Assembly: GCF_009914755.1 (NCBI RefSeq)
Contig: NC_060932.1
Origin: the human T2T-CHM13v2.0 reference genome, Homo sapiens
Reading direction: 5' to 3' (one strand)
DNA: 64,000 nucleotides
This document shows positions 42,829 through 59,815 of the stretch, in pieces. The position numbers and the translations under genes were made by a program. The number at the start of each line of letters is the position of its first letter. The first letter of the stretch is position 1. The notes under the pieces were generated by a model that did not search any database, was not told where the DNA came from, and saw only the letters and a program-made list of their open reading frames with translations.

Positions 42829-43166
42829 TTAAGTGAAGTTAGTGCACAGAAGTGAGGCAGAAGCAGAGTCAGGAAGACCTCTCAGAGGAGGCACCACTGA
42901 GGAGAATTTTTACATATAAGCCGGAGTTAGAGAGAGGTGTATGAAGGAAGGGGATTTTATTTGGAGATAGTAGATATGTAAAGACACAAAGCTGGAATGA
43001 ATTATGGCAAGAGGTTTATTTGATTACAGTGGAAACTTCAAGGAAGGGAGCACTGAGAAAAGAGGCTTGGAGAAGCTGGCAGGGACTAGATAATCATAGG
43101 CCTTGAATGCCAAGCCAAAGAATTTGGATGCTAGTCTGAAAATATTTGGAGCCACAAAGGTTTATT

Positions 43167-43662
43167 TTGGGTAGATAGTTTCCAACAATGGTCACCAGTG
43201 ATTCCTTCCCTCCCTGTACACATATGATGCTCTACCTATCAAGACGTAGGATCCCTTTCCATTCCCCTTGGACCTTGCCTAGCCTTGTGACTTGCCTTGT
43301 CCTGTACAGTATGACAGAAATGACACAGTGCCATTTCTGGAGTGAAACTTGAAGATATCAGGCAGCTTGCTATAAAGCAGCTCAGATTCCTGAATGATGT
43401 GATACCATGTTGGGAGAAATGCCATGTAAAGGAGAAGTGAGGTGTGAGACATGTGTGTGAGGTCTTCCTGAACCTTTCAGCCCAGCCAAGCTGCCAGATG
43501 GATACAGCTGGATGAGTGACTCCTAGCGTATACCAAGCAGAACAGAAGAACTGCCCAGCTGAGACCTGCCTGCATTCTTGACCCACTGAATCATAAGCAA
43601 TGGTGAATCATTGTTGCTTTCTGGATGATTTGTTATATAGTAGCAATAGACAACTGAAACAC
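43167..43662 (+). mobile_element. MLT1G/H-like solo LTR
   Basis: ccttgtgacttgccttg, gcagaacagaagaactgcccagctgag, gtagcaatagacaactgaaaca. Confidence 0.75.
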
Positions 43663-44789
43663 ATTTCATTTTATCTTCAAAATAGTACAAGGATATAGTA
43701 TTCCCTCCATTTAGATATGATGAAAATGAGGCTCAGCAAATCACAGAGCAATAAAGGATTCTAAGAGGCATTCAAGATTGAACTCAACCTTTACCAACTG
43801 TAGAACCCATGCTCTTTTCACTAGACATAGGGAATAAGCCTAGTATTTAGCTAAAATTTTGGATACAGTCAGCCTCTATTCTGATTGATCTGGAGTTCCT
43901 TCCAATTACTCAGGCCCTTTTCTTTACTTGTTATTAAATATTTGGAATACTGCGATTGCCTGGGAGCACAGGATTATGAGACAAGAACCATAACCATCTT
44001 TGAAAGATGTTGGAAGTCTTTCCAGTTTATAGAAAATATCCCCCAAGTCTTGTTTTCCTGGCCTTACCAACCTGGCTTATTTTGGATACAATCAGTACCT
44101 GAGGGTGAGGCTCAGAAGTGCCATCTGGTCCTCCCATGTCTCCATGGCATATCTCATACACAGCCAGAAATGGCTGTCAGCAGGAATGCCCTACAGGCCA
44201 AACAAAAATGCACCCAGTAATAGATGCATGTTTATTTTCTTTTCCATTTCCCACCTTTCTCTCACTTTATTTCAGAGCTTTTGCTGTCTGTTTTACTACT
44301 TGGGAAAGCCCCTTGGAGTATCATTCTGAAGTAAAATTACTTCATTTAATCCAATGTATTGCTCTTGGAAAAAGGTTTTATTTCCCGTACTTGAAGCTGG
44401 GCAGTAAACAATAAGCTTCTATTTTTCCTAATCCTAATTTCCAACCTTTTCTTGTGTCTTCATAGTTAAGGGAGCTAACAAATTTGTACCATGCCCCATC
44501 ATTGAAGGAGACTTTGCCTAGAGCCTGGATGGAAAAACAGATATTTCTGTTCAAATTTTACTCAACACACTCCCAGAAGAAAAGGCAGTGAACCAGTTAT
44601 GCTCAGGTAGTTGCCTTCACGTTTGTAGGGAGTTGTTCTTCCAGGTTGAGTGGTTCCAAGAATGAGGTACAAATTCTTCAGTTCTACAACATTTTCAGTG
44701 ACTGCATCCTGCACACGAGAACTTTCTATGCAGCTTAGCAAAACAAGGTAGGCATTGACTTTGGAATCAGAAGAACATTCGGGCTCTTC

Positions 44790-46787
<1,998 letters not shown>

Positions 46788-48258
46788 TGCCTGAGATTTT
46801 CACACTTACTGTCTGTGCGAATATGGGCAAATTATTTTAATTTTTGAGTTCAGTTTCCTTGTCTGTGAAATGGAGACAGCAGTCCCTGAATTTTCTACTT
46901 TCCTGGGTTATCGTGAGGACCAAAGCAGATTGCGACTGCAAGTATGCCTTCCAAACAACAAAGAACTATGGAAATATTACATAGGATTATTGATACATTA
47001 GCCTATTTCAGACACCAGGCAAATTTTTGGCCAAACTCTGAGAGAGAAAACTGTGTCTCCGATGGACTTTACCTCATTTTTCTATTACCATTTCCCCAAA
47101 ATGTGGTATATGCTTTTCTCCTCTTGAATCCAGGCACTTCCTCTTATTTGTAGAATAGGAAGAGTAATACAAACCTGGGTTATCTCCAAATCTGCCACAG
47201 CTGACCTTGGAGAAGTTCCTTAACCTTCTGAGGCTCAGATTCTTTATCCATTAAATAGTGAGTATGAAGAACTGATTTCGTAAAGCTATTATGAGGCTGT
47301 AATGAGTCATGCATATGAAGAACTTTGAAGATTGAGTGGGATATAGTAATCTTGTAATAAGTGTTAGTTATTGTTATTCACTTAACTATTGACTGCCTGT
47401 GCAAATGATACTTCATACATTTTTGTATGTGAATCAGATGAGGGAAGGTATGCCCATTACTTAGAATGGTGCTGGAAGCCTCACAGGTGCTTAATAAATA
47501 ATTGCCATTATAAGTAGTAGCGGTGGTGGTGGTCGTGGTAGCAGTAGTTCAGAGCAGTTGTGAATTTCAACAAAATTGTTTTAATGGTCCATGGTCTCTT
47601 GATATAATTTTGTTCTTCTCCTTTTCCAGCATTGTGGTGCTAATTAGGAGACTTTTATATAAACCTTTTCCCTAACCATTTCAGCAAGTCACAATTCATT
47701 ACACCCAAAAGCATCAGTCCAAATTCTAACATAATAAACCCCATGGCTACAGGCCCTACCCCACCCCACCCCCTGAAAAAGAGATCAATGATCTGTGGGT
47801 GTTGGTTGCAGTGTAAAAGTCAAAACCTGACTACAGTTAAGTTTGTAGGGGCCCTGGCACTGCTACCTGCCTAGGAATTGATGACCTACGGTTTTCAACC
47901 TCTCCTAGAAATATGAACTGGGTTCTTGGCATAGAGTCTCCACAAAATCACCAGTGCAGTACTTCCTAAATACAGATATCCCTCATTCTCTTTCTCTAAG
48001 TATGAAATGGAATCCAAACTTTGGTCAAGCTTTCAAAAGACATCCTTCTCACTAATTCTTCCCTAGGATCTCTGCTTTAATCTAAGAGAATGATAGGCAG
48101 CCATGCCAACTTCCTACATCTATTATCAATTCCGAAAAAGCTGTTCCCATTTCCTTTGAGCCACATGCTAAAACATCTTCTCACCCTCACCATAAAATCG
48201 TTCAATGCTGTAAGAGGATATTATAGACTTCCACTTAAAAGTGGTGGATGGAACATAA

Positions 48259-48605
<347 letters not shown>

Positions 48606-49318
48606 GGAAAATTTTTTTTAAGCATTAAACCTCAATGAAAAAGATAACCAGAAAGAACATAAACAAATAAAATCTGGGGCTCTAGGAAGCAGATGAACCA
48701 GTGATAACTCACTTAACAGACCTAAGGAAGTTGAACCCCAAGCTAACAATAAGAACAAGCCCGATTTTCACTGCAGAATCCCAGGGTACCACTGGACATA
48801 GGTGGGAAGTTGAGTCTGTTGACACAATGACTGGCTGGAAGTATGTTTAAGAAGTAGATAGACCCTCCCCAGGCCCCTCATCCTGCCCCTTCCCCAACCC
48901 AGACAACTGAAGGCTTAATTCCTGGAAAGAATAAAGCATAGTGGGGCATATACAGCATTGTTGAGGGCAGGGACAGTGTACTGAACACAGGAAGATTGAG
49001 TGAGAGGTTACACACTGAGTATGAGGACCTTAGCTCTCAGAGCATAAGAAGCCAGACTTAACACTCTGCTTGCCAGAGACTGAAGCACACCTCTCTAGGA
49101 AGTCTATCTACTCCAAGAAAAGATATAGCAGCACTAACAACAGAATACCCCTGGAGAAGCAGATTGGCCAAATCACCTTACAAGTAGTGAGTTCAGAGTT
49201 AACAAGTTCCACCCCCACACACTGAGTTTCTAATTTGCTTTTAAGCGTCTCATTTCAAAATGTGAGCCTTAGTCAATGACCACCAAAACTCTGAGGAAAT
49301 TCCCTAACTTGAAAAATA

Positions 49319-49687
49319 CAATTGACTCTCCAAAAACTTAACTACTAATAGCCTACTCTTGACTGGAAGACTTACCAATAACATAAACAATCACTAAACA
49401 CTTTTTTATCATATATGTATTATATATTGTATTCTTACAATAAAGTAAGCTAGAGAAAAGAAAATCTTATGAAGAAAATCATAAGGAGGAAAAAAATATG
49501 TATTTTTTATTGAGTGGAAGTGGATCGTCACAAAGGTCCTTACCTTAGTCATCTTCACGTTGAATAGGCTAAGGAAAAGAAGCAAGAGGAAGGGTTGGTC
49601 TTGCTGTCTCAGGGTGCAGAAGCAGAAGATAATCCACATATTAGCAGACTCAGGCAGTTCAAATTCATGTTATTCAAGGGCCAACTG
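49319..49687 (-). mobile_element. Tigger2a-like (TcMar) DNA transposon
   Basis: aaaacttaactactaatagcctact, gggttggtcttgctgtctcagggtg, right TIR gttattcaagggccaactg; TA on both flanks. Confidence 0.85.
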
Positions 49688-50474
49688 TAAAGGCCAAAAT
49701 ATTATGGGGGAAAAAAAAGCAACTTATAGAAAACTCTGCAGGAAAATAAAAACTTCAAAAGGAAACTATCATCAACATCCTCAGACAAATAGGAGAAGTT
49801 ATTGTAATTTATTAAATAAAAACAATATTCTGGCAAAAGGAAAACAATTGTAAAACAAGATAGTAATTATAAATTCAAATTTGACAGCCAGAATGAAAAT
49901 TTCAGTCAAATAGTTAGAAGATAAATTTAGGGAAATCTCTTAGAAAGTAGAATGAAAAATCAAAAAGATGGAAGATATGATATAAAAGATAAGAAATATA
50001 GAAAATCATTCTAGGAGTTCATCAACTGAGTAACTAAAATTTCAGAAAAAGAACTTGAAAAATAGAAGAAAAAAGACACAAGAAATAATCCAAGAAATTT
50101 ATCAGTACTGAAGGGCATGAGTTTCTAGACTTAAAAGGTACAGTAAATATTCAGTACAATAGATAAAAATAAACTCACACTAAGTTCCATCATCTTAAAC
50201 TTTCAGAACAATAGACATAAAAGAGGGAATTTTAAAACTTTTCAGAAAAAGGTAAAAATCATTGCTCAAAATACCAAAATGACTGTGAATTTCTCAACAG
50301 CCCCAGTAGAAGCAAAAAGATAATGTAACAATGACTTTAGAATTCTGTAGAAAAAAATTATTTCTAGCCTAGAATTCTACACCTATCAAAGTTAACAATT
50401 AAATATTTGGGTGGGATACAAACATTTCAGACATAAGTCTCAAAACAATTACCTGCCGTGAGCCCATACTGGAG

Positions 50475-50601
50475 ATCCTTTTGTAGTTCATAAGCATGAT
50501 GATCGGGTGTTCATGTCCGAGCATGAGATGTGCCTCCCTCAAACCTTGTTGTGACGTTGGCACATTTCCCATCTGATGTGAAAAAGGAAAAAAAAAAAAA
50601 A
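50475..50601 (+). pseudogene. U13 (SNORD13) snoRNA retropseudogene with poly(A) tail
   Basis: atccttttgtagttcataagcatgatgatcgggtgttca...gagatgtgcc...aaccttgtt...ggcacatt.ccc.tctga is colinear with U13; box C (tgatga) and box D (ctga) present; A-tail 50581-50601. Confidence 0.9.
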
Positions 50602-53600
50602 GAAGAAGAAGCTACTAGGTAAGTCCAAAATTATGAGGCAAAGCAAGAAAGAGGAAGACATGGAGTCTGGGAAATGAGAACGTCAATCCAAGAAAGAGCA
50701 AAGGAAATCCCAGAGATAAAGGCAAAGGGAGATCCAAGTATAGCCATGTACTCAGCCTAGAAATAAACTAGTCCAGGCTGGAGCAGCTCTGTAGGGTACA
50801 GGAAAGATGATCGAAAGATGGCTTTGTTAGAATACCGGATGTGAGTGAGTGTATTGAGAGGAAATTTAAACAACCGAGGAGAAAGTTTGGAGTGAATTAG
50901 TGATAGAAAACAAAACAAAGGAAGAAAAAACAATATAACTATTAACTCCAGGAAAACCTAAAGATTGTGCAAGAAAATAAAAGTAAGCACATTTCAGCTG
51001 TGAAGAGTATTTATAGGGACAGGAAAATATACACACTGAATATTAACCTAAGCAAAATTATGAAATAACAGTAGTGGGATAATGAGAGCATGGGGGTCCG
51101 GGGGTTCAGGAACCGTGCATGATGGGGCATGGTAGAAATGGTAAAAGAGGGCTAAAATAGTGAGAGGCTAACAGTTAATGCTTAAAGCATTAGGCAAAAA
51201 AGAAGGAGCACTATAAGCATATACCAGTGACATGGAGGCGATACCAAAATAACCAGCTGCAAGAGCTGAATGTGTTGATTCTAGGAAGCAGGAAATGCTG
51301 GGTCAAGAGAAGAGTCTATTATTTTTCACTATGCCTTCTAAAATTATTTAACCCTGAAAATCATGTGTGTGTATAAAGTTAATCAAAATTAAAACTAAAT
51401 TTTAAAATAATCATGCATCAATGATAAATTAAAAGGATGATTTTAATTTGGCTTCTCTTTGTCATGTGCACACATAGACACACGGAGCCATTTGGGCAAT
51501 ACATTTTGCAAAGCATCTAAATGCATGAAAATATTCCAGGAAAGTGTTAATGATGGCCTAGGCCAATCTGTCTTTTGTAAATAATTTCTCAGGCAAGTAT
51601 ACTAATTAGAGCTAAGATAGGCAAATGATACAACAACCCACCAATCAAGAGCATTTGCTGCTCGTCTATTGAACACATAGCAATAAATATTCAACATTCT
51701 GTGGGGTAAACAACCAAGTGTAAGATATGGTTTCTGGCATTATGGATTTTATGATCCAATTAAAGACATGAAACATAAACTTTTGTAAAGTTAAATGACA
51801 GTACAAAATGTATAAATAAGGGTTTTATTTAAAAAGTAAAAGATGTTGCAAGATAATACATGACTTTTGCTAAGTCGATGCCGCAGACTACAGAAGTGTT
51901 ATTGTTTAGAACAAAGAAAAGTCAGGATGCAGGGAAGGGATCTCAGAGAAAAGAGATTAGAAATAGGTCTTGAAAAAATGGGCTGGATTTGAATGAATGG
52001 AGGAATAGGGGAATTCCAAAGGCGGATCCAGGAAAGGAAGATGTCGTCTTGGCACCGTGAAGAGATTACAGGTTTCAGAGCCTAGGCGTTTGAGTGACAG
52101 CCTGCTCACCAGAACGGGACAGCAATTAGCCTTTGGCCTGAGGAAAGCAACTTGTTCAGAATAAAGTATTTTTATCACCCACAGTGAGGCCAAGAATCCA
52201 GTCAGATGTCCTGTTGGGATGTGAATCTGTCATTTTATGAGCTCAAAAAACCCCAGGAATGGCTTCGAATCCATGTTACAGGTCCGAGTTCCCTGGAAAC
52301 AGCAATTGCCTCTTAGCAAAATCATTAATTAGGGCATTGCCTTAATTCCATTGTGAATAATAAAAATATGTGCACAGACTTCTGTACTTTGATGAAAGCA
52401 TCAGGGTGTGATTTATGGGGGAAGATGCTCTCCGGGGAATATAAATATGTAAGCCTTACATACTTATAAAGTTCAAGCACATTACCTCTTCAACGGCTTT
52501 CAAAACTAAAGTGACCTCAGTTCAGTCAAATAAATAGGACAGACATGTAAATTAGCAAAAGAAGTGCTCTGACATTTATGCAAGGCTTATATCCCACGAT
52601 GAACAATATCTAGATCAGTGGGAAGTCGGAAGCATTCTATATGTAGCTATCGCCAGACAAATCTAAACACTTGGTAGGCACTCAAAAAAAACTTACTGAT
52701 TTTAAGTAATTAAAGGGGATCTGGTGGGCAGATACAAAAAGACAGAAGTCGCATCATGAGGCAAGGTTGCGACCGGAGTCTTTCTAGCCAGTTCCAGAAG
52801 AGCAGGTGGTTATATCCACCAGTGCCCAGAAGAGGGCAGCCAAGAGCTGCTCAACTGGAACCTTCCTGGGAAGGACACCCACTTGGCACCAGCCAGGGTA
52901 AACTGTCCTCTCCCCGGCACACAGAACAGAATCAGCCCAGAACTGATTGGTGAAGAAGTTTGGGGAGAAAAAAAGCAGGGGTGGGAAACATGGACTAAAG
53001 GTGTTCAAGACAGATGAAGAACCAGACCAAGAAGAATCATGGAGAAGCCAGAGAATGGAAAAGAAAGACAGCAGCCAGAGGTCAAAGGAACAAGGCACAG
53101 GAGTGCAGCAGCCCTGACCTTGCCACTCCCCTGCTCAAAAGAGTTCAATGGCTCCCTACTGTCCATCACACAAACTTCGTAGCCTGACATTCAGGGTCCC
53201 ACTCTAATCTAACCCTAACCCACCTTAAGAATCTTGGGATTTGCTAGGTTTTTAATCATACACTCAAGATTCCAAGCAAACCAAAGTCTTTCTTGTGACT
53301 TTCTTCCTCAGTGTCTTTGTTCCTCCTGTCCCTTCACTCACTGCTCTAAACAATGAGTGGCTGCCACATACTAGTAATGAGAGGAAGGGATACAGGATCA
53401 ACCAGAAGAAGTGCCCACCTTCAAAGCTGCCAGGAAGAGACAGTGCCATGTACTACCATGAGGGAAGCAAGAGTGGATGGGGTGGAGAGATAAGTGGCTA
53501 AGTCAGGCTGTCCGAAAAGGCTTCTTGGAGGAGGTGACCATCCCCCTGAAATCACCTTGCCTTTCCTCTCCACTCATCTAAACCTTCAGCGCCTGCTGAA

Positions 53601-56024
53601 GGACCATCTGTTGTTTTCATCTGCCTGCCTGCCTATTCCCACTCCTGGTAAAATATTCCATCTCCTCCTTTAGGAAACTGCTCCCTACCCCATCTGCCAG
53701 GTAGGCTGATCTGGTAATGTGGTTGATCATATTACCCCATCCTCTGATCCACAGAGGTTGGTTCAAGGAAGATCCTTCAAGACAGACTAATCAGATGTCT
53801 TCCCTGGAGTTTTCCCCTCCATTTTGGAATTGAAGGAATAGCTAGCTTTCTCTTTCCCCTGGATTGGAAGCTGACAAGATAGATACCAGAGCTGCTGATG
53901 CCATGTCCCTTGCCTCATGGAGGATTCTGAGAGAATAAACTGGAAAGAGATGGAGAAAATTGACACTATACAAATGCCAGAATTCAGTTGCCCTGAATTA
54001 GGGCAAGGCCTCTGCTCCACTGTGAGCAGCAAAAGCCCAATTCCAGAGCTCAGCCAAAGGAGTTTGTTTTTCTTGGGTAGCAGATGTTTAAAAGGCCAGT
54101 GGACAAGCTCTGCTGCTCTGGCTTCATGATGACATCAAAGACCGTTTTCCTCCGCCATCCCCATCACATGAATCTCCTCATGCTCCAAAATGATTGCTAC
54201 ATCTCTGGGGTTATATCCACATTCCACACTGGAAGGGCAGAAAGCATGTGCCCATTGAGGGTATCCCTTTTCATCAGAAAAATAATATATTCCCAGAAAA
54301 CCCAACCTGTATCCTTCTGCTTACATCTCAGTGTTCAGAAGTGTCACATGGCCACCCCTCACTGCAAGGAAGTCCAAACAGCTGAGTATTTTTAACTGGC
54401 ATACTGAGACAACAGAGGAAATACACATTGTGTAAGTAACTGGTGGTATCTGCTCAAGTCCTAAATGTCTTTGTTTGCCTGCATAAACCCATAAATTCTC
54501 CTTTTTTGCTTAAGCTAGCTGGAGATGGGTGTTTGTAACTTTCAATCAAAAAGCCATGGCTAAGACACCTGCCAAATGCCACCACCACCATAGAGCCTCC
54601 CTGATCTCACTACATCAGAATAATCTTGATGTCTTCAACTTCCAACAGGTCCTTTTCCCACCAGCAACCTGAGGAAGGGAAATCACAGGGACAGGGCGAT
54701 CGCACCTAGGCAGCCAAACCCCACCCCAGCAGCCAAAGCAGGCAGAAGAACCCTGCCAGCAGGATTGCTGGAATCTAGCTCTCTTCTCTCTCTCGCTTCA
54801 CCTGCGAAGGGCCACAAAAGAGCTGTTTCAAAGCCATCAGCATCATGAACCCAGCCACTGCTATTGACCCCATATGCTGAACCCAGCAATAAATACTATC
54901 CAGGGCTTGTTGCTGGCAAGAAACGGGGAGAGAGCAACAGCCCTGATTTGCCACTAAAACACTTAAACATAATAGGATACATCTACAGGATGAAGCACTA
55001 GAAAGGAATAAAAAGAGAATGAGGAAGCTCTGGATGCATTAATGTGAAACACTTCTAAAACCGTTACTAAGAGGAAAAAAGCTAATTGCAAAATGGTGCC
55101 CGTATATATATGAGATATATAGATAGGATATATATATACACATATAAAATAATCATTTGTGATAAAAGAAAGAAAAATAGTATCTGCACCAATATTTGTA
55201 CCTGCAGAAAATATCTCTAGAAGGATATACAATGCAAGAGACTGGTACTTTTGGCTGCCTATAGGGTGAAGAACAGGAAGGCTACAAAATAGGAGGGCAA
55301 TGTTTCTCCGTACGCTCTTTAAACCTTTTGAATTTTGGACCTAGGAGTGAACCACCTATTTGAAAAAGAATGAAAATATGTTTCTGTAAGTAAACACATT
55401 ACAGTTTGTGCTGGTATGTCTGGTATGTTTTGTTTAGTTAAGGCAAAACAATAGGAAGGATGAAATTGGCAAACTGGGCTGGGAAGAGAAAAGGAAGACA
55501 GAAAAATTAGCATCCATTTAACAATAAAATAGAAATAGCATTTTGGGTGAAGGGATGCTTTTCTCATATCTTGCTTCAAGCATTTACAGACATCATTCAT
55601 CCTGTCTTTTCTACAAGCTGTGGAAAAATTGATTCAATTCCTTCCAGCTTAGAGCAGAGGAAAGGCCTAAAGAGCTGAGTCTCTGACACCGCCGCATTTC
55701 CCCAACCTGGCCAGGCCACCCCATCCTTGCTCAGTCTGTTTCCTGTGTCTGGAATCGCTCCCCTTTCTACTCTCTCCATTCCAAGGAGCCGCTCCAACAC
55801 CTACACGGCTTCTCCATTGAAAATAGCTGTTCCAATAGACCAGGCATTGGCCTTTTCTGAAAAGAGTCAGGTGGTAAATAGTTTAGGCTTTTTTTTCATG
55901 GCTGTTCTGTCTCTGTCATAACCAGCCAACTCTGCTGTTGTAGCATGAAAGCAGTGATAGATAATACATAAACAAATGGGCATGGCTGTATTCCAATAAA
56001 ACTTTATTTACAAAAACAAACAGG

Positions 56025-57051
56025 CTGTAATCCAGGCCACTGACAACACCAAATGCTGGCAGGGATGTGGAGCAACAGGAACTCTCATTCATGGCTGGTT
56101 GAAATGCAACATGGTACAGCCACTTTGGAAGACAGCTTGGCGGTTTCTTACAACACTAAACATACTCTTGCCATATGATCCAGCAATTGCTCTCTTTGGT
56201 ATTTACCCAAAACCGTTGAAAAATTATGTCCACACAAAAACCTGCACATGGATGTTTAGAGCAGCTTTATTCATAATTGCCAACACTTGGAAGCAACCAA
56301 GATGCCCTTCAGTAGGTGAATGAATAAATAAACTGGTCTATCCAGACAATGGAATAGTATTTAGCACTAAAAAGAAATGAGCTATCAAACCATGAAAAGA
56401 CGCGGAGGAAACATAAATGCATATTACAAAATAAAGAAGCCAGTGTGAAAAGACTACATACTGTATGATTCCAGCTACATGACCCTCAAGAAAAGGCAAA
56501 ACTATGGAGACAGTAAAAAGATCAGTGGTTGCCAGGGGTTGGTGGGGGAGAAAGGGGTGAAGAGGCAGAGTACACAGGATTTTTAGGGCAGTGAAACCAC
56601 TCTGATGAAACCACAGTGGTGGATACGCATCAGTATACATTTGTCCAAACCCATAGAATGTACACCATGAATGATCCAGAATGTAAACTATAGACTCCAT
56701 GAGTGATAATGATGTGCCAATCATCAGCTGTAACAAATGTGGCTATTGGTGGGTGAAGTTGATAATGGGGGAGGCTGTGCATGTGTCAGGGCAAGGAATA
56801 AATGGGAAATCTCCCATTTATTTATGTTCCTCTGGCTCCCAGGAGGGGGAGCAGCTGTTCCCTCTGTCCGCTCAAGGGGCCTCCGCACGCTGCAGGCATT
56901 CTCTGGGGTCCCTGGACCTAGGAGACTCTCCCCAGAGTACCAGTCCTCCCAGTCTCCCTGGCAAAATCAGTGCTGCCCAAACCTCCCACTCAGTGTTGCT
57001 GTGAACCTAAAACTCCTCTAAAAATAAAGTCTATTAAAAAAACAAACAAAC
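56025..57051 (+). mobile_element. 5'-truncated L1MC1-like 3' fragment
   Basis: ORF2 C-terminus remnant (VQPLWK...YDPAI.L.GIYP...TCT.MF.AALF.IA..WKQPRCPS), 3'UTR ending ctgtgaacctaaaact..aataaagtctattaaaa; TSD aaacaaacagg / aaacaaatagg. Confidence 0.88.
56825..56987 (+). repeat. 163-bp templated copy of 58199-58361 inside the L1MC 3'UTR
   Basis: Ungapped, about 7 mismatches by eye. Confidence 0.93.
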
Positions 57052-58198
57052 AAACAAATAGGTGGTGGCCATATTTGGCCTGTGGGCCATTGTTTGCTGA
57101 CCCTTCCTTTGGACTCCAGGGAAATTTGCCATCAGTGACCATCATTCTCTGCATTACTTTATAGTAGGTGGATTTGTTGCCATTTCTTGCCCTCAGATGC
57201 AAACACTTTGAAGATAAAAACTGTCTCTTCTTATCCCATCCACTAGCCTGAATGTTGGTTGGATTAAATTGGCCTAAAGTGATGTAACCCAGCTGCCAAA
57301 GACAGAACACAGCTCATAGCTTTCTCTTTCCTGGGGCATGTCTGTTGCATCAAACACCAGCCCTTTCACCACTTGCCCGCCATAGGCCCTGAAAAACAAT
57401 GTCCCTGCCTGCCCTACTACCCTGGGCACCCTGTTTCCAGAAGCTTCCAGATGAGCACAGTCGGAGAGCCTTCTCTAAGTGTTTGGTAGAGGGTGTAGAT
57501 TAAATAACTTTTAAAGCAAAATTCAAAAACAACAGCATTCAAAAGCACCAAATTCCAAAGCAGCATCGCTCTACCAGGCTGCCACATCTCCTTTTCTCAC
57601 ACATGGCCCTACTGGTTTGCAGTTTAATCGAATATTTATGTTGCTGTTAGCTTTTTGGTCCACCTACAACATTCTAATGTAGCAAACTAGCATTTATTGA
57701 ACAGCTACTACCTGCCAGTTGCTCTGAACATTTTAAAGAGATGTCCAAGGAAGGAAGAGGGGATGTTTACTTTCCATTGTATAACTTACGGTGTGCTTTG
57801 AATTTTTTACTATGTACATTGTTGTACTATGTACTATATACATAATTTCAGCTTATAGAGTAAGTGACTGGAGGATTTGATGTGTCATTTCTGAAAATGT
57901 ATATTTTCACATGTGAGGTCTTTCTGAAGGTGATTGCAGATTCCTAACAAAATCTAGAGAAAAATAAATAATTTTTGTTTTGTACTTGAAAATTGCCAAA
58001 CTGCATTAAATAATCTTGCGCTCTAAGATTCTTTTCTGTACTCATGTCATTGTACTTCCAAAGTCAAGGGCCTCTGTGTTCTGAGACTTGGAAATTCAAA
58101 AAAGATGCAGCTTCTCCTCGGCCCTTTGTCCACCCGCCTCCACCCTGGAACAGGCTGCCTTCAGCCCTGCCATGATCACCGCAGCCCGGCAGGACTGT

Positions 58199-58361
58199 TG
58201 TTCCTCTGGCTCCCAGGAGGGGGAGCAGCTGTTCCCCTTGTCCGCTCAAGGGGCCTCCGCACCCTGCAGGCATTCTCTGGGGTCCCTGGACCTAGGAGAC
58301 TCTCCCCAAAGTACCAGTCCTCCCAGTCTCCCTGACAAAATCAATGCTGCCCAAACTTCCC
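58199..58361 (+). repeat. Donor of the 163-bp duplication (unique GC-rich sequence)
   Basis: Continuous with non-repeat flanks on both sides. Confidence 0.9.
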
Positions 58362-58556
58362 CGTGCTGCTGAAAATGCAGAGACGTGAAATCCCACTGAA
58401 GACCGTGCTGGAAGCTAGCCCAGCCTCCACCATGACTGCGACCCGCCTTCAATCCCTGAAACTTTGAGGAAAATAAGTGAGACGTGTATTTTGACACACC
58501 AAAACAATGAGCGAAGCTGCCCCCACCCCTGAGGGCCATTGGGCTTTCTCCCCTGA

Positions 58557-59300
<744 letters not shown>

Positions 59301-59347
59301 CCTGATTCAGTCATGTTCTGCCAGAGCTCCCTCTGCACCTTCTAGAG

Positions 59348-59815
59348 CCTGTGTTTGACCCTCAAAAAGTAACCGGTGTAACTGAGGAACTGCCTTTTTA
59401 AAATTTTGCTTTAATTAAGGTAAATGTAAGTTTTTAAATAGACAATTCAGTTATTGAAAAAACTTTATGTTTAGAACAATGCGGAGAGATGACTCTACTG
59501 TTTCAATTGTAAATTTTATGAAATTGAAATACAGATCAAATATTTTCTATGAAAATTTAGAGTTCAGATTGAGATGTGCCATAAGTATAAAATACATACC
59601 AGATTTTGAACACTCAATATCAAAAAATGCAAAGTATCTCATTCATAATTATTTATATTGATTACATGCAGAAATGACGTTTTAGATATCTTAGCTTAAA
59701 TAGAATATATTATTAAACTCAATTTCACCAGTGTCTTTTTTCTTTGTTTAATGTGGCTACTAGAAAATGTTTAATTAATGTATAGTTTACATTACATTTC
59801 TATTGGACGGCACTG
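59348..59815. mobile_element. Charlie5 / MER33-type hAT element
   Basis: aactgaggaactg, attgagatgtgccataagtataaaatacataccagattttgaa, aatgtggctactagaaaat, tttctattggacggcactg; TSD-like ttctagag / ttctaggc. Confidence 0.8.

Larger units (their letters stand above)
55841..57105. mobile_element. MER58A (hAT-Charlie) split by an L1
   Basis: ggtaaatagtttaggctt...ggctgtattccaataaaactttatttacaaaaaca on the left; ggtggtggccatatttggcctgtgggccattgtttgctgaccc on the right. Confidence 0.85.

Noticed and set aside
56699-58372. Two ORFs sharing the peptide CSSGSQEGEQLFPLSAQGASA..., suggesting a paralogous gene pair
   Set aside because: Fully explained by the 163-bp DNA duplication; one copy sits in an L1 3'UTR and there is no coding signature
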